Shown here piece by piece: positions 10,980 to 24,299 of a stretch of 64,000 bases of DNA. The DNA comes from Pristiophorus japonicus (taxonomy: Eukaryota). Under the pieces are notes generated by a model. The model saw only the letters and a program-made list of their open reading frames with translations, was not told where the DNA came from and made no database searches. The DNA lies in NCBI RefSeq assembly GCF_044704955.1, contig NC_091979.1, forward strand, positions 316,572,001-316,636,000. Reading direction: 5' to 3'. The translations under genes were made by a program, and so were the position numbers. The number at the start of each line of letters is the position of its first letter. The stretch's first letter is position 1.

Positions 10980-13875
10980 TGTATCTGAAAAGCATGCACT
11001 CCCATGTTCCGCCACCAGGGCGCTCATCCCCTGAAGTTCCAAGGGATCCCAGCATCCCTTGGGAGCACTGTATATAAGCCAGCCCCTAAGGCCTGTTCCT
11101 CACTCTGGAGTGTCTTATTAAAGACTGAGGTCACTGTTATTTTAACCTCCATGTGTGCAGTCTCATCTGTGTTAGGAACACAATAACTGGCGACGAGAAT
11201 ACGAATCCAACACAAAGATGCAGCAAACTGTGGGCATCCTGGAGAAGTTCTCGGAGGGTGAGGACTGGGAAGCCTATGTCGAACGGCTAGACCAGTACTT
11301 TGTAGCCAACGAGCTGAACGAGAAGGAAGTGCTGCAAAAAGGAGAGTGGTCCTCCTCACGGTCTGCGGGGCACCGACCTACAGCCTCATGAAGAATCTTC
11401 TGGCTCTGGTGAAACCCACAGATAAGTCGTATGAGGAGCTGTGTACACTGGTTCAGGAGCACCTTAACCCAACGGAGAGCGTGCTGATGGCGAGGTATCG
11501 GTTCCACACGTGCCAGCGATCTGAAGGTCAGGAAGTGGCGAGCTACGTCGCCGAGCTAAGATGACTTGCAGGACAATGTGAGTTTGATGGCTACCTGGAA
11601 CAAATGCTCAGAGAATTTTTTGTACTGGGCATTGGACACGCGACCATCCTACGAAAACTTTTGACTGTAGAGAACTGACCCTCAGTAAGGCCATTGCGAT
11701 AGCACAGGTGTTTATGTCCACCAGTGATAACACCAAACAAATCTCTCAGCACACAAGTGCAAGCAATGTTCCTAAATTAACTGGAACTGTGTTTGGTAGC
11801 AGAAATATACAGGGCAGAACCCACGAGTCTGCAACTGTCAGCAGGCCTCAGGTGACCCAGATGACTCAGAGTCCCCAACAACGGATGAATGCAAGGCAAT
11901 TCACACCTTGTTGGCGTTGTGGAGGCTTCCATTTAGCCTATTCATGCCGCTTCAAAGGGTATGTTTGCAAGAGCTGTGGAACAATGGGGCACCTCCAACG
12001 AGCTTGCAGATGAGCTGCAAGCTCTGCAGAACATGCTAACCACTACGTGGCAGAGGAAGATCAGTCCATGGTGGATCAAAGCAAATTCGAGCCTCAGAGA
12101 GAGGAGGCAGATGCTGAAGTACATGGGGTGCACACATTTTTGAAAAAATGTCCACCTATAATGCGAAACATAAAATTGAATGGCTTACCCATAGCCATAC
12201 AACTGGACACTGGCGCTAACCAAACCATCATGAGTAAAAAGATGTGTGAGAGACTGTGGTGCAACAAGGCATTCAGGCCAGCCCTGAGCCCCATCCGCAT
12301 GAAACTGAGAACGTACACCAAAGAGCTTATCACTGTCCTGGGCAGCACCATGTTCAAGGTTACCTACAAGGGCACGGTGCATGAACTGCCACTCTGGATT
12401 GTCCCGGGCGATGGCCCCACACTGCTTGGAAGAAGCTGGCTGGGCAAAATTCGCTGGAACTGGGTTGACATCCGAGCGCTATCACATGTCGATGAGGCCT
12501 CATGTACCCAGGTTCTTAACAAATTTCCTTCCCTTTTTGAGCCAGGCATTGGAAACTTTTCCGGGGTGAAGGTGTGGATCCACTTGGTCCCAGAGGCACG
12601 ACCCATTCACCACAAAGCGCGAACGGTACCTCACATGATGAGGGAGAGAGTGGAAATTGAGCTGGACAGGCTGCAACGCGAGGCCATCATCTCCCCAGTG
12701 GAATTCAGCGAGTGGGCCAGCCCGATTGTTCCAGTACTCAAAAGTGATGGCACGGTCAGGATTTGCGACGATTATAAAGTAATTATTAATCGTTTCTCGC
12801 TACAGGACCAATACCTGCTACGTAAGGGGCAGACGACCTATTTGCGACGATGGCAGGAGGCAAGACATTCACTAAGCTATACCTGACTTCGGCCTACATG
12901 ACGCAGGAGCTGGAGGAGTCTTCGAAGGGCCTCATCTGCATCAACATGCACAAGGGACTGTTCATCTCCAACAGATGCCCGTTTGGAATTCTGTCGGCTG
13001 CAGCGATCTTCCAGAGAAACATGGAGAGCCTTCTCAAGTCGGTACCACGCACAGTAGTTTTTCAGGACGACATATTGGTCACGGGTCAGGACACCGTCGA
13101 GCACCTACAAAACCTGGAGCAGGTCCTCCAGCAACTGGATCGCGTAGGGCTGCGGCTGAAGAGGTCGAAATGCGTCTTCATGGCAACAGAAGTGGAGTTT
13201 TTGGGGAGAAAGATTACGTCGGATGGCATTCGGCCCACAGACGCCAAGACAAAGGCTATCAGGAATACGCCCAGGCCACAGAACATCACAGAGCTGCGGT
13301 CGTTCCTGGGACTCCTCAACTATTTTGGTAACTTCCTACCGGGGTTAAGCACCCTTTTAGAGCCCCCACGCATGTGTTATTGCGTAAAGGTGAGAACTGG
13401 GTATGGGGAAAAAAACAAGTAATTGCTTTTGAGAAAGCCAGAAACATTTTATGCTCCAAAAAGCTGCTTGTATTGTATAACCCATGTAAAAGACTTTAGC
13501 TAGCATGTGACACATCATCGTACAGAGTCGGGTGTGTATGACAACAAGCTAACGTTGCGGGGAAGTTGCAACCTGTCGGCTATGCTTCCAGGAGCTTGTC
13601 TAAGGTCGAGAGGGCCTACAGCATGATTGAGAAAGAGGCATTAGTGCGTGTATTCGTTGTAAAGAAAATGCATCAGTAGCTGTTTGGCCTCAAATTTTAG
13701 CTGGAAACCGAACACAAGCTCCTCATATCCCTGTTTGCTGAAAACAAGGGGATAAATACTAATGCCTCAGCCCGCATACAAAGGTGGGCACTCACGCTAT
13801 CAGCGTATAACTATACCATCCGCCACAGTCCAGGCAGCGAGAACTGTGCAGTTGCTCTCAGTCGGCTACCATCGG
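10980..13875 (+). mobile_element. Gypsy LTR retrotransposon: 5' LTR about 10980-11185, PBS 11188-11197, gag-protease-RT-RNase H; frameshifted and 3'-truncated by CR1
   Basis: TATA and ATTAAA in the LTR; PBS TGGCGACGAG; gag MQQTVGILEKFSEGEDW...; zinc knuckles (CWRCGG.H, CKSCGTMGHLQRAC); protease LDTGA; RT WASPIVPV, CPFG, FQDD, LRSFLGLLNYF. Confidence 0.9.
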
Positions 13876-15126
13876 AACATAAGAACATAAGAATTAGGAA
13901 CAGGAGTAGGTCATTTAGCCCCTCAAGCCTGCTCCGCCACTCAACAAGATCATGGCTGATCTAGCCGTGGACTCAACTCCACTTACCATCCCGCTCTCCG
14001 TAACCCTTAATTCCCTTATTGGTTAAAATCTATCTATCTTTGACTTGAAAACATTCAATGAGCTAGCCTCAACTGCTTCCTTGGGCAGAGAATTCCACAG
14101 ATTCACAACCCTCTGGGAGAAGAAATTCCTTCTCAACTCGGTTTTAAATTGGCTCCTCCGTATTTTGAGGCTGTGCCCCCTAGTTCTAGTCTCCCCGACC
14201 AATGGAAACAACCTCTCTGCCTCTATCTTATCTATCCCTTTCATGATTTTCAATGTTTCTATAAGATCACCCCTCATCCGTCTGAACTCCAATGACTAAA
14301 GACCCAGTCTACTCAATCTATCATCATAAGGTAACCCGCTCATTTCTGGAATCAGCCTAGTGAATCGTCTCTGTAACCCCTCCAAAGCTAGTATATCCTT
14401 CCTTAAGTCAGGTGACCAAAACTGCACGCAGTACGCCAGGTGCGGCCCCACCAATACTCTGTACAGTTGCAGCAGGACCTCCCTGCTTTTGTACTCCATC
14501 CCTCTCGCAATGAAGGCCAACATTCCATTCGCCTTCCTGATTACCTGCTGCACCTGCAAACTAACTTTTTGGGATTCATGCACAAGAGTTTCATGCACAA
14601 GAACCCCCAGGTCCCTCTGCACCGCAGCATGTTGTAATTTCTCCCCATTCAAATAATATTCCCTTTTACTGTTTTTTTTTCCCCAAGGTGGATGACCTCA
14701 CACTTTCCGACATTGTATTCCATCTGCCAAACCTTAGCCTATTCGCTTAACCTATCTAAATCTCTTTGCAGCCTCTCTGTGTCCTCTGCACAATCCGCTT
14801 TCCCACTAATCTTTGTGTCATCTGCAAATTTTGTTACACTACACTCTGTCCTCTCTTCCAGGTCATCTATGTATATTGTAAACAGTTGTGGTCCCAGCAC
14901 CGATCCCTGTGGCACACCACTAAGCACCGATTTCCAACCCAAAAAGGACCCATTTATCCCGACTTTCTGCTTTCTGTTAGCCAGCCAATTCTCGATCCAT
15001 GCTGATACATTTGCTCTGACTCCGCGTACCTTTATCTTCTGCAGTAACCTTTTGTGTGGCACCTTATCAAATGCCTTTTGGAAATCTAAATACACCACAT
15101 CCATCGGTACACCTCTATCCACCATG
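13876..15126 (-). mobile_element. CR1 LINE, 5'-truncated (RT through 3' tail)
   Basis: [41 protein letters not shown]. Confidence 0.92.
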
Positions 15127-15299
15127 CACCTTCCCTGCTGTCTCTCTGCACCTTCCCTGCTGTCTCTCACTATCCTTTAATATTTTTCCTGTGGTGTTTT
15201 GAATGCTGTGCTTCATCCCGATGTACCAAATAAACAAATTATTCATTTTAAGCAAGGAAATTTAATAAGCAAGCAGTTTTCATCCAAGTCCATAAAAGA

Positions 15300-15540
15300 C
15301 ATTAAAATATCAGGGCAGATGACCAAAAGCTTCAGCAAAGAGGTAGGATTTATGGAGCATCTTAAAAGAGGAGCGGACGAGAGGCGGAGAGGTTATGGAA
15401 GGGAATTCCAGAGCATAGGGCCCAGGCAGCTGAAGGCATGGGAGCCAATGGTGGAGCGATTAAAATCGGGGGCCAATGGTGGAGCGATTAAAATCGGGGA
15501 CCAATGGTGGAGCGCCTTTCTTCTGGTTGCTGAGTTTAAA
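15300..15540 (-). mobile_element. L2 LINE 3' fragment
   Basis: AFSCLGPMLWNSLP on the - strand; contains a short internal tandem duplication (CCAATGGTGGAGCGATTAAAATCGGGG). Confidence 0.6.
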
Positions 15541-15569
15541 GCAGTGTCCGGGAGGATTGCGACTCCGTT

Positions 15570-17270
15570 CTGTGCTCTCACCAAAACCCCCTCCCCCGCT
15601 CTGTGCCCTCACCAAAACCCCCTCCCTCGCTCCGTGCCCTCATCAAACCCCCTCCCCCGCTCTGTGCCCTCACCAAACCCCCTCCCTCGCTCCGTGCCCT
15701 CATCAAACCCCCTCCCCCGCTCTGTGCCCTCACCAAACCCCCTCCCTCGCTCCGTGCCCTCACCAAACCCCCTCCCCCGCTCTGTGCCCTCACCAAACCC
15801 CCTCCCCCGCTCTGTGCCCTCACCAAACCCCCTCCCCTGCTCTGTGCCCTCACCAAACCCCCTCCCTCGCTCTGTGCCCTCACCAAACCCCCTCCCCCGC
15901 TCTGTGCCCTCACCAAACCCCCTCCCCCGCTCTGTGCCCTCATCAAACCCCCTCCCTCGCTCTGTGCCCTCATCAAACCCCTTCCCTCGCTCTGTGCCCT
16001 CACCAAACCCCCTCCCCCGCTCTGTGCCCTCACCAAACCCCCTCCCTCGCTCTGTGCCCTCACCAAACTCCCTCCCCCGCTCTGTGCCCTCACCAAACCC
16101 CCTCCCTCGCTCCGTGCCCTCACCAAACTACCTCCCTCACTCTGTGCCCTCACCAAACCCCCTACCCCGCTCTGTGCCCTCACCAAACCCCCTCCCTCAC
16201 TCTGTGCCCTCACCAAACCCCCTCCCCCGCTCTGTGCCCTCACCAAACCCCCTCCCTCACTCTGTGCCCTCACCAAACCCCCTCCCCCGCTCTGTGCCCT
16301 CACCAAACCCCCTCCCTCACTCCGTGCCCTCATCAAACTCCGTCCCTCGCTCCGTGCTCTCACCAAACCCCCTCCCTCACTCCGTGCCCTCATCAAACTC
16401 CGTCCCTCACTCCGTGCCCTCATCAAACCCCCTCCCTCACTCCGTGTCCTCATCAAACCCCCTCCCCCACTCTGTGCCCTCACCAAACCCCCTCCCTCGC
16501 TCTGTGCCCTCATCAAACCCCCTCCCCCAATCTGTGCCCTCACCAAACCCCTTCCCTCGCTCTGTGCCCTCACCAAACCCCTTCCCTCGCTCTGTGCCCT
16601 CACCAAATCCCCTCCCTCACTCCGTGCCCTCATCAAACTCCGTCCCTCACTCCGTGCCCTCATCAAACCCCCTGCCTCACTCTGTGCCCTCACCAAACCC
16701 CCTCCCTTGCTCCGTGCCCTCACCAACTCTGCTGCCTCACTCTGTGCCCTCACCAAACCCCCTCCCTCACTCTGTGCTCTCACCAAACCCCCTCCCTCGC
16801 TCTGTGCCCTCACCAAACCCCCTCCCTCACTCTGTGCTCTCACCAAACCCCCTCCCTCGCTCTGTGCCCTCACGAAACCCCCTCCCTCGCACCGTGCCCT
16901 CACCAAAACCCCTCCCTCGCTCTGTGCCATCACCAAACCCCCTCCCTCGCTCTGTGCCCTCACCAAAACCCCTCCCTCACTCCGTGCCCTCACCAACTCC
17001 GCTGCCTCCCTCTGTGTCCTCACCAAACCCCCTCCCTCATTCTGTGCCATCACCAAACTCCTCCGTGCTCTCACCAAACCCCTTCCCTCGCTCCGTGCCC
17101 TCACCAACTCCGCTGCCTCGCTCCGTGCCATCACCAAACCCCCTCCCTCGTTCTGTGCCCTCACCAAACCCCCTCCCTCGCTCCATGCCCTGACCAAACC
17201 CCCCTCCCCCGCTCTATGCCCTAACCAACGCCCCCCCGCCCCCTGCTCTGTACCCTCACCAAACCTCACC
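15570..17270. repeat. 30-bp minisatellite (TCTGTGCCCTCACCAAACCCCCTCCCCCGC)n, about 55 units
   Basis: Directly visible 30-bp period; explains the 580-660 aa repetitive ORFs. Confidence 0.97.
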
Positions 17271-17803
17271 CCCCTACCCCAGCTGTGGGCCCTCACCAAA
17301 CCTCCCCTCCCCACTGCTGATGCCCCACTCAGCAGTAACCAGACTGTCTTGTGGAGGGGAGAGAGACACTTGGTCCTCAATATTAACCCCCTCCCCTATG
17401 ACGGGAGGGAGAGGGTCAGAGGAGTGTGAAAGACTTAAATACAGAGAACGTGTCCCCAACACATGGTGCCTTATATTCGCCGGCGGACTTTGGGGTGAGT
17501 AAGTGCCTCACTGTGGAGAGCCAGGACATTTTATTAACATATTTAAATCGGGCTCCCACAGTGCAACACGCTGCTGATGAGCAGGTTTCCCAGGGGTCGG
17601 GAAACACGGCAGTGGAAGGGAAGCGGGAACTGTCAGCTCCACAAGTTATGTGTCTTTCTCATCATTCCTTGTGGGCCAGGACCTAACAAGGAAACATCTT
17701 GCCTCCCCTTTCCCGAGTACCTAGCACCCTCCCCATCGCAGCCTCTCCCCTCTCCACATCGCGGCCTCTCCCCCCTCCACATTGCAGCCTCTCTCCCCCT
17801 CCC

Positions 17804-18537
17804 CATCACCTATGGAAACTATGCCTGGGTATATTATCACATGGGCCAACTGATAGAGGCCCAGTCCTACCTCAACAAGCTGGAGATGATCTGTAAACAA
17901 TTTACTGATGGCTCTCGGTATAAGCACTGATACCTGAAGTATACGGGGAGAAGGGTTGGTCACTGTTGAGTTCTGCCGCTCAATACTATGAAGAGGCAAA
18001 GGAATGTTTTGAGAAGGCTCTGGAGGAAGATTCTGATGACACTGAATGGAACGTTGGCTATGCGACTGCTCTGTTTTGTCTGGAAGGGTTTTCTGGTACC
18101 CCAGAGAGTGGTGACCGCAGCCAATCAGTGAAGCGGTTACAACGTGTGCTGGAACTTGATCCAGATGACTCTGTAACCATGGTGATGTTGGCTCTAAAAC
18201 TGCAAGAGTTCAATCAAAAGGAGGCAGCACTCAGGAGTTCAATCAAAAGGAGGAAGTTGAACAAGCATTGCAGAAGTCTCCTGATCTTCCATATGTAACT
18301 CGTTATGCAGCAACATTTCTGAGAAGAGAAGATGTGGAAAAAGCTGTGGAGCTGTTGAAGAATGCATTAGAAATGACCCCAAACTCTCCCTTCTTACACC
18401 ACCAAATAGGTCTGTGTTACAGAAAGCGACTACTTCAACTGATCAAATATCCAGGCAGCAGAGACCCTCGCAATCCTGCTTTTCAACAGAAAGCTGAGTT
18501 GATCAATCAATGCAAGTACTATTTTCAAATGGCATTT
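17804..18537 (+). pseudogene. IFIT pseudogene fragment (5'- and 3'-truncated, frameshifted)
   Basis: ITYGNYAWVYYH...YYEEAKECFEKALEE...PYVTRYAA...FLHHQIGLCY. One-nt deletion at about 17921 and an internal duplication/frameshift at about 18205-18255. Ends at a CR1 tail. Confidence 0.9.
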
Positions 18538-18569
18538 AACATAGAAACATAGAAACATATAAATTTACA

Positions 18570-21500
18570 ATGTACCACACTCCAACCGGCCGTTAGTGAA
18601 GATCTCCTGGTGAATGGCGGAGTGATTGAGAAAGTTCCACAGCTGGAAGGAAACAAGGATTGTGGACTGAGGAACAACAGCAGGTGAACCAGCACAGGAT
18701 TGTGAGAGCACCAACCAGTGAGCCCCTTCCGTTTGAAAGCGCTTCAATAGATCGACTGGGGAGAAAGGAGGTGCGTGGAGAGGCGGGATTTCCGGGGATC
18801 AGAGAGGCCTACACAAGGCCAGTGAGACCGGGAGCAGCGTCGAGGAGGTACGTGGAGAGGCGGGAGTTCCGGGGATCGGAGAGGCCTACACAAGGCCAGT
18901 GAGACCAGGAGCAGCGTCGAGGAGGTCCGTGGAGAGGCGGGAGTTCCAGGGATCGGAGAGGCCGACACAAGGCCAGTGAGACCTGGAGCAGCGTCGAGGA
19001 GGTACGTGGAGAGGCGGGAGTTCCGGGGATCGGAGAGGCCTACACAAGGCCAGTGAGACCAGGAGCAGCGTCGAGGAGGTATGTGGAGTGGCGGGAGTTC
19101 CGGGGATCGGAGAGGCCTACACAAGGCCAGTGAGACCAGGAGCAGCGTCGAGGAGGTATGTGGAGAGGCGGGAGTTCCAGGGATCGGAGAGGCCTACACA
19201 AGGCCAGTGAGACCAGGAGCAGCGTCGAGGAGGTGCGTGGAGAGGCGGGAGTTCCGGGGATCGGAGAGGCCTACACAAGGCCAGTGAGACCAGGAGCAGC
19301 ACCGAGGAGGTGCGTGGAGAGGCGGGAGTTCCGGGGATCGGAGAGGCCTACACAAGGACAGTGAGACCTGGAGCAGCGTCGAGGAGGTCCGTGGAGAGGC
19401 GTGGCTTGTCCAGTTACAAGGGGAAGGCAAAAAAGAAGCAGAAAGAAATAGAAAGGTGACGTCACAGCCAAGGGGGTAAGTGATTGGCTGATGATTGGTA
19501 AGTAGTTTTTCTTTTTTCTCTTCTATATCAGGAAGTATCCTTTAGCATTGTTGTTGTCAATTTAAGTTAATCTAAGGGTTAAGTCATGGCAGGAGAGCTT
19601 GGACACGTGTTATGCTTCTCCTGTACTATGTGGGAAATCAGAGACGCCTCCAGTGTCCCTGACGACTATGTGTGCGGGAAGTGTATCCGCGTCCAGCTCC
19701 TGGCGGACTGCGTTGTGGAATTGGAGCTGGAGGTGGATTCACTCTGGAGCATCCACGATGCTGAGAATGACGTGAATAGCATGTTTAGTGAGTTGGTCTT
19801 ACCGCAGGTAAAGGGTCCACAGCCAGATAGGGAATGGAAGACCAACAGGAAGAGCAGTGCAAGGAAGGTAGTGCAGGGATCCCCTGCGGTTATCCCCCTG
19901 CAAAACAGATACACAGCTTTGAGTGCTATTGGGGGGGATGACTCATCAGGGGGGAGCAGCAGCAGCCAAGTTCATGGCACCATTGGTGGCTCTGTTGCAC
20001 AGGAGGGCAGGAAAAAGAGTGGGAGAGCAATAGTGATAGGGGATTCAATTGTAAGGGGAATAGATAGGCGTTTCTGCGGCCACAACCGAGACTCCAGGAT
20101 GGTATGTTGCCTCCCTGGTGCAAGGGTCAAGGATGTCTCGGAGCGGGTGCAGGACATTCTGAAAAGGGAGGGTGAATAGCCAGTTGTCGTGGTGCATATA
20201 GGTACCAACGATATAGGTAAAAAAATGGGATGAGGTCCTATGAGATGAATTTAAGGAGCTAGGAGCTAAATTAAAAAGTAGGACCTCAAAAGTAGTAAAC
20301 TCGGGATTGCTACCAGTGCCACGAGCTAGTCAGAGTAGGAATTGCAGGATAGCTCAGATGAATACGTGGCTTGAGCAGTGGTGCAGCAGGGAGGGATTCA
20401 CATTCCTGGGGCATTGGAACCGGTTCTGGGGGAGGTGGGACCAGTACAAACCGGACGGTCTGCACCTAGGAAGGACTGGAACCAATGTCCTAGGAGGAGT
20501 GTTTGCTAGTGCTGTTGGGGAGGAGTTAAACTAATATGGCAGGGGGATGGGAACCAATGCAGGGAGACAGAGGGAAACAAAATGGAGACAGAAGCAAAAG
20601 ACAGAAAAGAGATGAGTAAAAGTGGAGGGCAGAGAAACCCAAGGCAAAAAACAAAAAGGGCCACTTTGCAGCAAAATTCTAAAGGGTCTAAGTATGGTAA
20701 AAAGGCAAGCCTGAAGGCTCTGTGCCTCAATGCGAGGAGTATTCGGCATAAGGTGGACGAATTAACTGTGCAGATAGCAGTTACCGGATATCAGAATGGC
20801 AGGCAGTGACTAGTGGGGTACCGCAAGGTTCTGTGCTGGGGCCCCAGCTGTTTACATTGTACATTAACGATTTAGACGAGGGGATTAAATGTAGTATTTC
20901 CAAATTTGCGGATGACACTAAATTGGGTGGCAGTATGAGCTGCGAGGAGGATGCTATGAGGCTGCAGAGTGACTTGGATAGGTTAGGTGAGTGAGCAAAT
21001 GCATGGCAGATGAAGTATAATGTGGATAAATGTGAGGTTATCCACTTTGGTGGTAAAAACAGAGAGACAGACTATTATCTGAATGGTGACAGATTAGAAA
21101 AGGAGAGGTGCAACGAGACCTGGGTGTCATGGTACATCAGTCATTGAAGGTTGGCATGCAGGTACAGCAGGCGGTTAAGAAAGCAAATGGCATGTTGGCC
21201 TTCATAGCGAGGGGATTTGAGTACAGGGGCAGGGAGGTGTTGCTACAGTTGTACAGGGCCTTGGTGAGGCCACACCTGGAGTATTGTGTACAGTTTTGGT
21301 CTCCTAACTTGAGGAAAGACATTCTTGCTATTGAGGGAGTGCAGCGAAGGTTCACCAGATTGATTCCCGGGATGGCGGGATTGACATATCAAGAAAGACT
21401 GGATCAACTGGGCTTGTATTCACTGGAGTTGAGAAGAATGAGAGAGGATCTCATAGAAACATTTAAAATTCTGATGGGTTTCGACAGGTTAGATGCAAGA

Positions 21501-21842
21501 AGAATGTTCCCAATGTTGGGGAAGTCCAGAACCAGGTGTCACAGTCTAAGGATAAGGGGTAAGCCATTTAGGACCGAGATGAGGAGAAACTTCTTCACCC
21601 AGAGAGTGGTGAACCTGTGGAATTCTCTACCACAGAAAGTTGTTGAGGCCAATTCACTAAATATATTCGAAAAGGAGTTAGATGTAGCCCTTACTATGAG
21701 GGGGATCAAGGGGTATGGCGAGAAAGCAGGAATGGGGTACTGAAGTTGCATGTTCAGCCATGAACTCATTGAATGGCGGTGCAGGCTCGAAGGTCCGAAT
21801 GCCCTACTCACACACCTATTTTCTAGCTTTCTATCTTTCTAT
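18570..21842 (+). mobile_element. Near-full-length CR1 LINE with repeat-containing 5' UTR, ORF1 (zinc finger + SGNH esterase) and internally deleted ORF2
   Basis: ORF1 19586-20534: CFSC/CGKC, IVIGDSIVRG, DGLHL, with stops. ORF2 start LCLNARSI jumps at about 20790 directly to [16 protein letters not shown]. (TTTCTAT)-type tail. Confidence 0.9.
18765..19400 (+). repeat. 77-bp tandem repeat (about 8 units) in the CR1 5' UTR
   Basis: Unit GAGGAGGTACGTGGAGAGGCGGGAGTTCCGGGGATCGGAGAGGCCTACACAAGGCCAGTGAGACCAGGAGCAGCGTC; period 18842 to 18919. Confidence 0.95.
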
Positions 21843-22102
21843 GAATCCCTGGCCCAAGACCGCCCTCAGTGGAGGAAGAGCATCCAGGAGGCCTCGAGTC
21901 TCGTCATCGAGAGCATGCAGAAACCAAGCACAGACAGTGGAAGGAGAGAGCGGCAAACCAGATTCCCTACCCACCCGTTCCTTCAACGACTGTCTGTCCC
22001 ACCTGTGACAGAAACTGTAATTCCCATATTGGACTGGACAGTCACCTGAGAACTCACTTTTGGAGTGGAAGAAAGTCTTCCTCAATTTCGAGGGACTGCC
22101 TA
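21843..22102 (+). mobile_element. RTE LINE 3' end
   Basis: C-terminal C2H2 finger CPTCDRNCNSHIGLDSHLRTH followed by the RTE tail GGAAGAAAGTCTTCCTCAATTTCGAGGGACTGCC. Confidence 0.75.
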
Positions 22103-23870
22103 TAGAAACATAGAAACATAGAAAATAGGTGTAGCAATAGGCCATTCGGCCCTTCGAGCCTGCACCGCCATTCAATGAGTCTCTGTTTTTACCACCAAAG
22201 TGGATAACCTCACATTTATCCACATTATACTTCATCTGCCATGCATTTGCCCACTCACCTAACCTATCCAAGTCACTCTGCAGCCTCATAGCATCCTCCT
22301 CGCAGCTCACACTGCCACCCGACTTAGTGTCATCCACAAATTTGGAGATAGTACATTTAATCCTCTCATCTAAATCATTAATGTGCAATGTAAACAGCTG
22401 GGGCCCCAGCACAGAACCTTGCGGTACCCCACTAGTCACTGCCTGCCATTCTGAAAAGTACCCATTTACTCCTACTCTTTGCTTCCTGTCTGTCAACCAG
22501 TTCTCAATCCACGTCAGCACACTACCCCCAATCCCATGTGCTTTAACTTTGCACACTAATCTCTTAAGTGGGACCTTGTCGAAGACCTTCTGAAAGTCCA
22601 AATATACCACATCAACTGGTTCTCCCTTGTCCACTCTACTGGAAACATCCTCAAAAAATTCCAGAAGATTTGTCAAGCATGATTTCCCTTTCACAAATCC
22701 ATGCTGACTTGGACTTATCATATCACCTCTTTCCAAATGCGCTGCTATGATGTCCTTAATAATTGATTCCATCATTTTACCCACTACCAATGTCAGGCTG
22801 ACCGGTCTATAATTCCCTGTTTTCTCTCTCCCTCCTTTTTTAAAAAGTGGGGTTACATTGGCTACCCTCCACTCCATTGGTAACTGATCCAGAGTCCATG
22901 GAATGTTGGAAATGACTGTCAATGCATCCGCTATTTCCAAGGCACCTCCTTAAGTACTCTGGGATGCAGTCCATCAGGTCCTGGGGATTTATCGGCCTTC
23001 AATCCCATTAATTTCCCCAACACAATTTCCTGACTAGTAAGGATTTCCCTCAGTTCCTCCTTCTTACTGGACCCTCTTATCCCTTTTATATCCGGAAATT
23101 TGTTTGTGTCCTCCTTAGTGAATACTGAACCAAAGTACTTGTTCAATTGGTCTGCCATTTCTTTGTTCCCCGTTATGACTTCCCCTGATTCTGACTGCAG
23201 GGGACCTACATTTGTCTTTACTAACCTTTTTCTCTTTACATATCTGTAGAAGCTTTTGCAGTCGGTCTTAATGTTCCCTGCAAGCTTCCTCTCATACTCT
23301 ATTTTCCCTGCCCTAATCAAACCCTTTGTCCTCCTCTGCTGAGTTCTAAATTTCTCCCAGTCCCCGGGTTCGCTACTATTTCTGGCCAATTTGTATGCCA
23401 CTTCCTTGGCTTTAATACTATCCCTGATTTCCTTTGATAGCCACGGTTAAGCCACCTTCCCTTTTTTATTTTTACGCCAGACAGGGATGTACAATTGTTG
23501 TAGTTCATCCATGCAGTCTCTAAATGTCTGCCATTGCCCATCCACAGTCAACCCTTTAAGTATCATTCGCCAATCTACCGTAGCCAATTCACACCTCATA
23601 CTTTCAAAGTTACCCTTCTTTAAGTTCTGGACCATGGTCTCTGAATTAACTGTTTCATTCTCCATCCTAATGCAGAATTCCACCATATTATGGTCACTCT
23701 TCCCCAAGGGGCCTCGCACAACGAGATTGCTAATTAATCCTCTCTCATTACACAACACCCAGTCTAAGATGGCCTCCCCCCTAGTTGGTTCCTCGACATA
23801 TTGGTATAGAAAACCATCCCTTATGCACTCCAGGAAATCCTCCTCCACCGTATTGCTTCCAGTTTGGTTG
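22103..23870 (-). mobile_element. CR1 LINE ORF2 (endonuclease end to RT, internal deletion) with 3' tail
   Basis: GPLGKSDHN, NYRPVSL, QHGFVKGKSC, FVDDTK; (TTTCTATG)n tail. Confidence 0.92.
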
Positions 23871-24299
23871 ATGATGATGATGATTACACTATGTTACGAG
23901 ATGTATTGACATTTTAAGATAAAAACAGTGACATTGACTCCGATATTAATCCAGAGACAGGATCAGAGTAGGGTGGGGGAGGGGCGATAGCAGATGACAG
24001 AAGCCAACATTGTGGGACCCGTGGAAAAATCCATTTTCAATGGGGATTCCTCATTTTCAATTTTTTCCGGGTTTCGTGTCCCCAAAGTATGAGAGAAGGC
24101 ATGACACAGACCTGCATGATGCAATTTTACCTCGAGCACTGAAAGGGCCAGTTCACAGAGGCAATGGAGGAGGAGGTTTGCAGTTAGCTACATTGGGTTG
24201 GAAGGGGTTCAGGCAGAATTATGGAAGGAAGGAGGACAAAGGCTGCTCCCAGGTTTAATGAGGCGTCCCTGGATATTATTGGAGTCCTCATCTGATGGG

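Noticed and set aside
10971-10980. ATGAG|GT as a possible IFIT exon 1
   Set aside because: Weak donor abutting a Gypsy LTR, with no ISRE upstream.
15199-17429. 580-664 aa ORFs in several frames
   Set aside because: Translations of a 30-bp stop-free minisatellite, open in multiple frames and on both strands.
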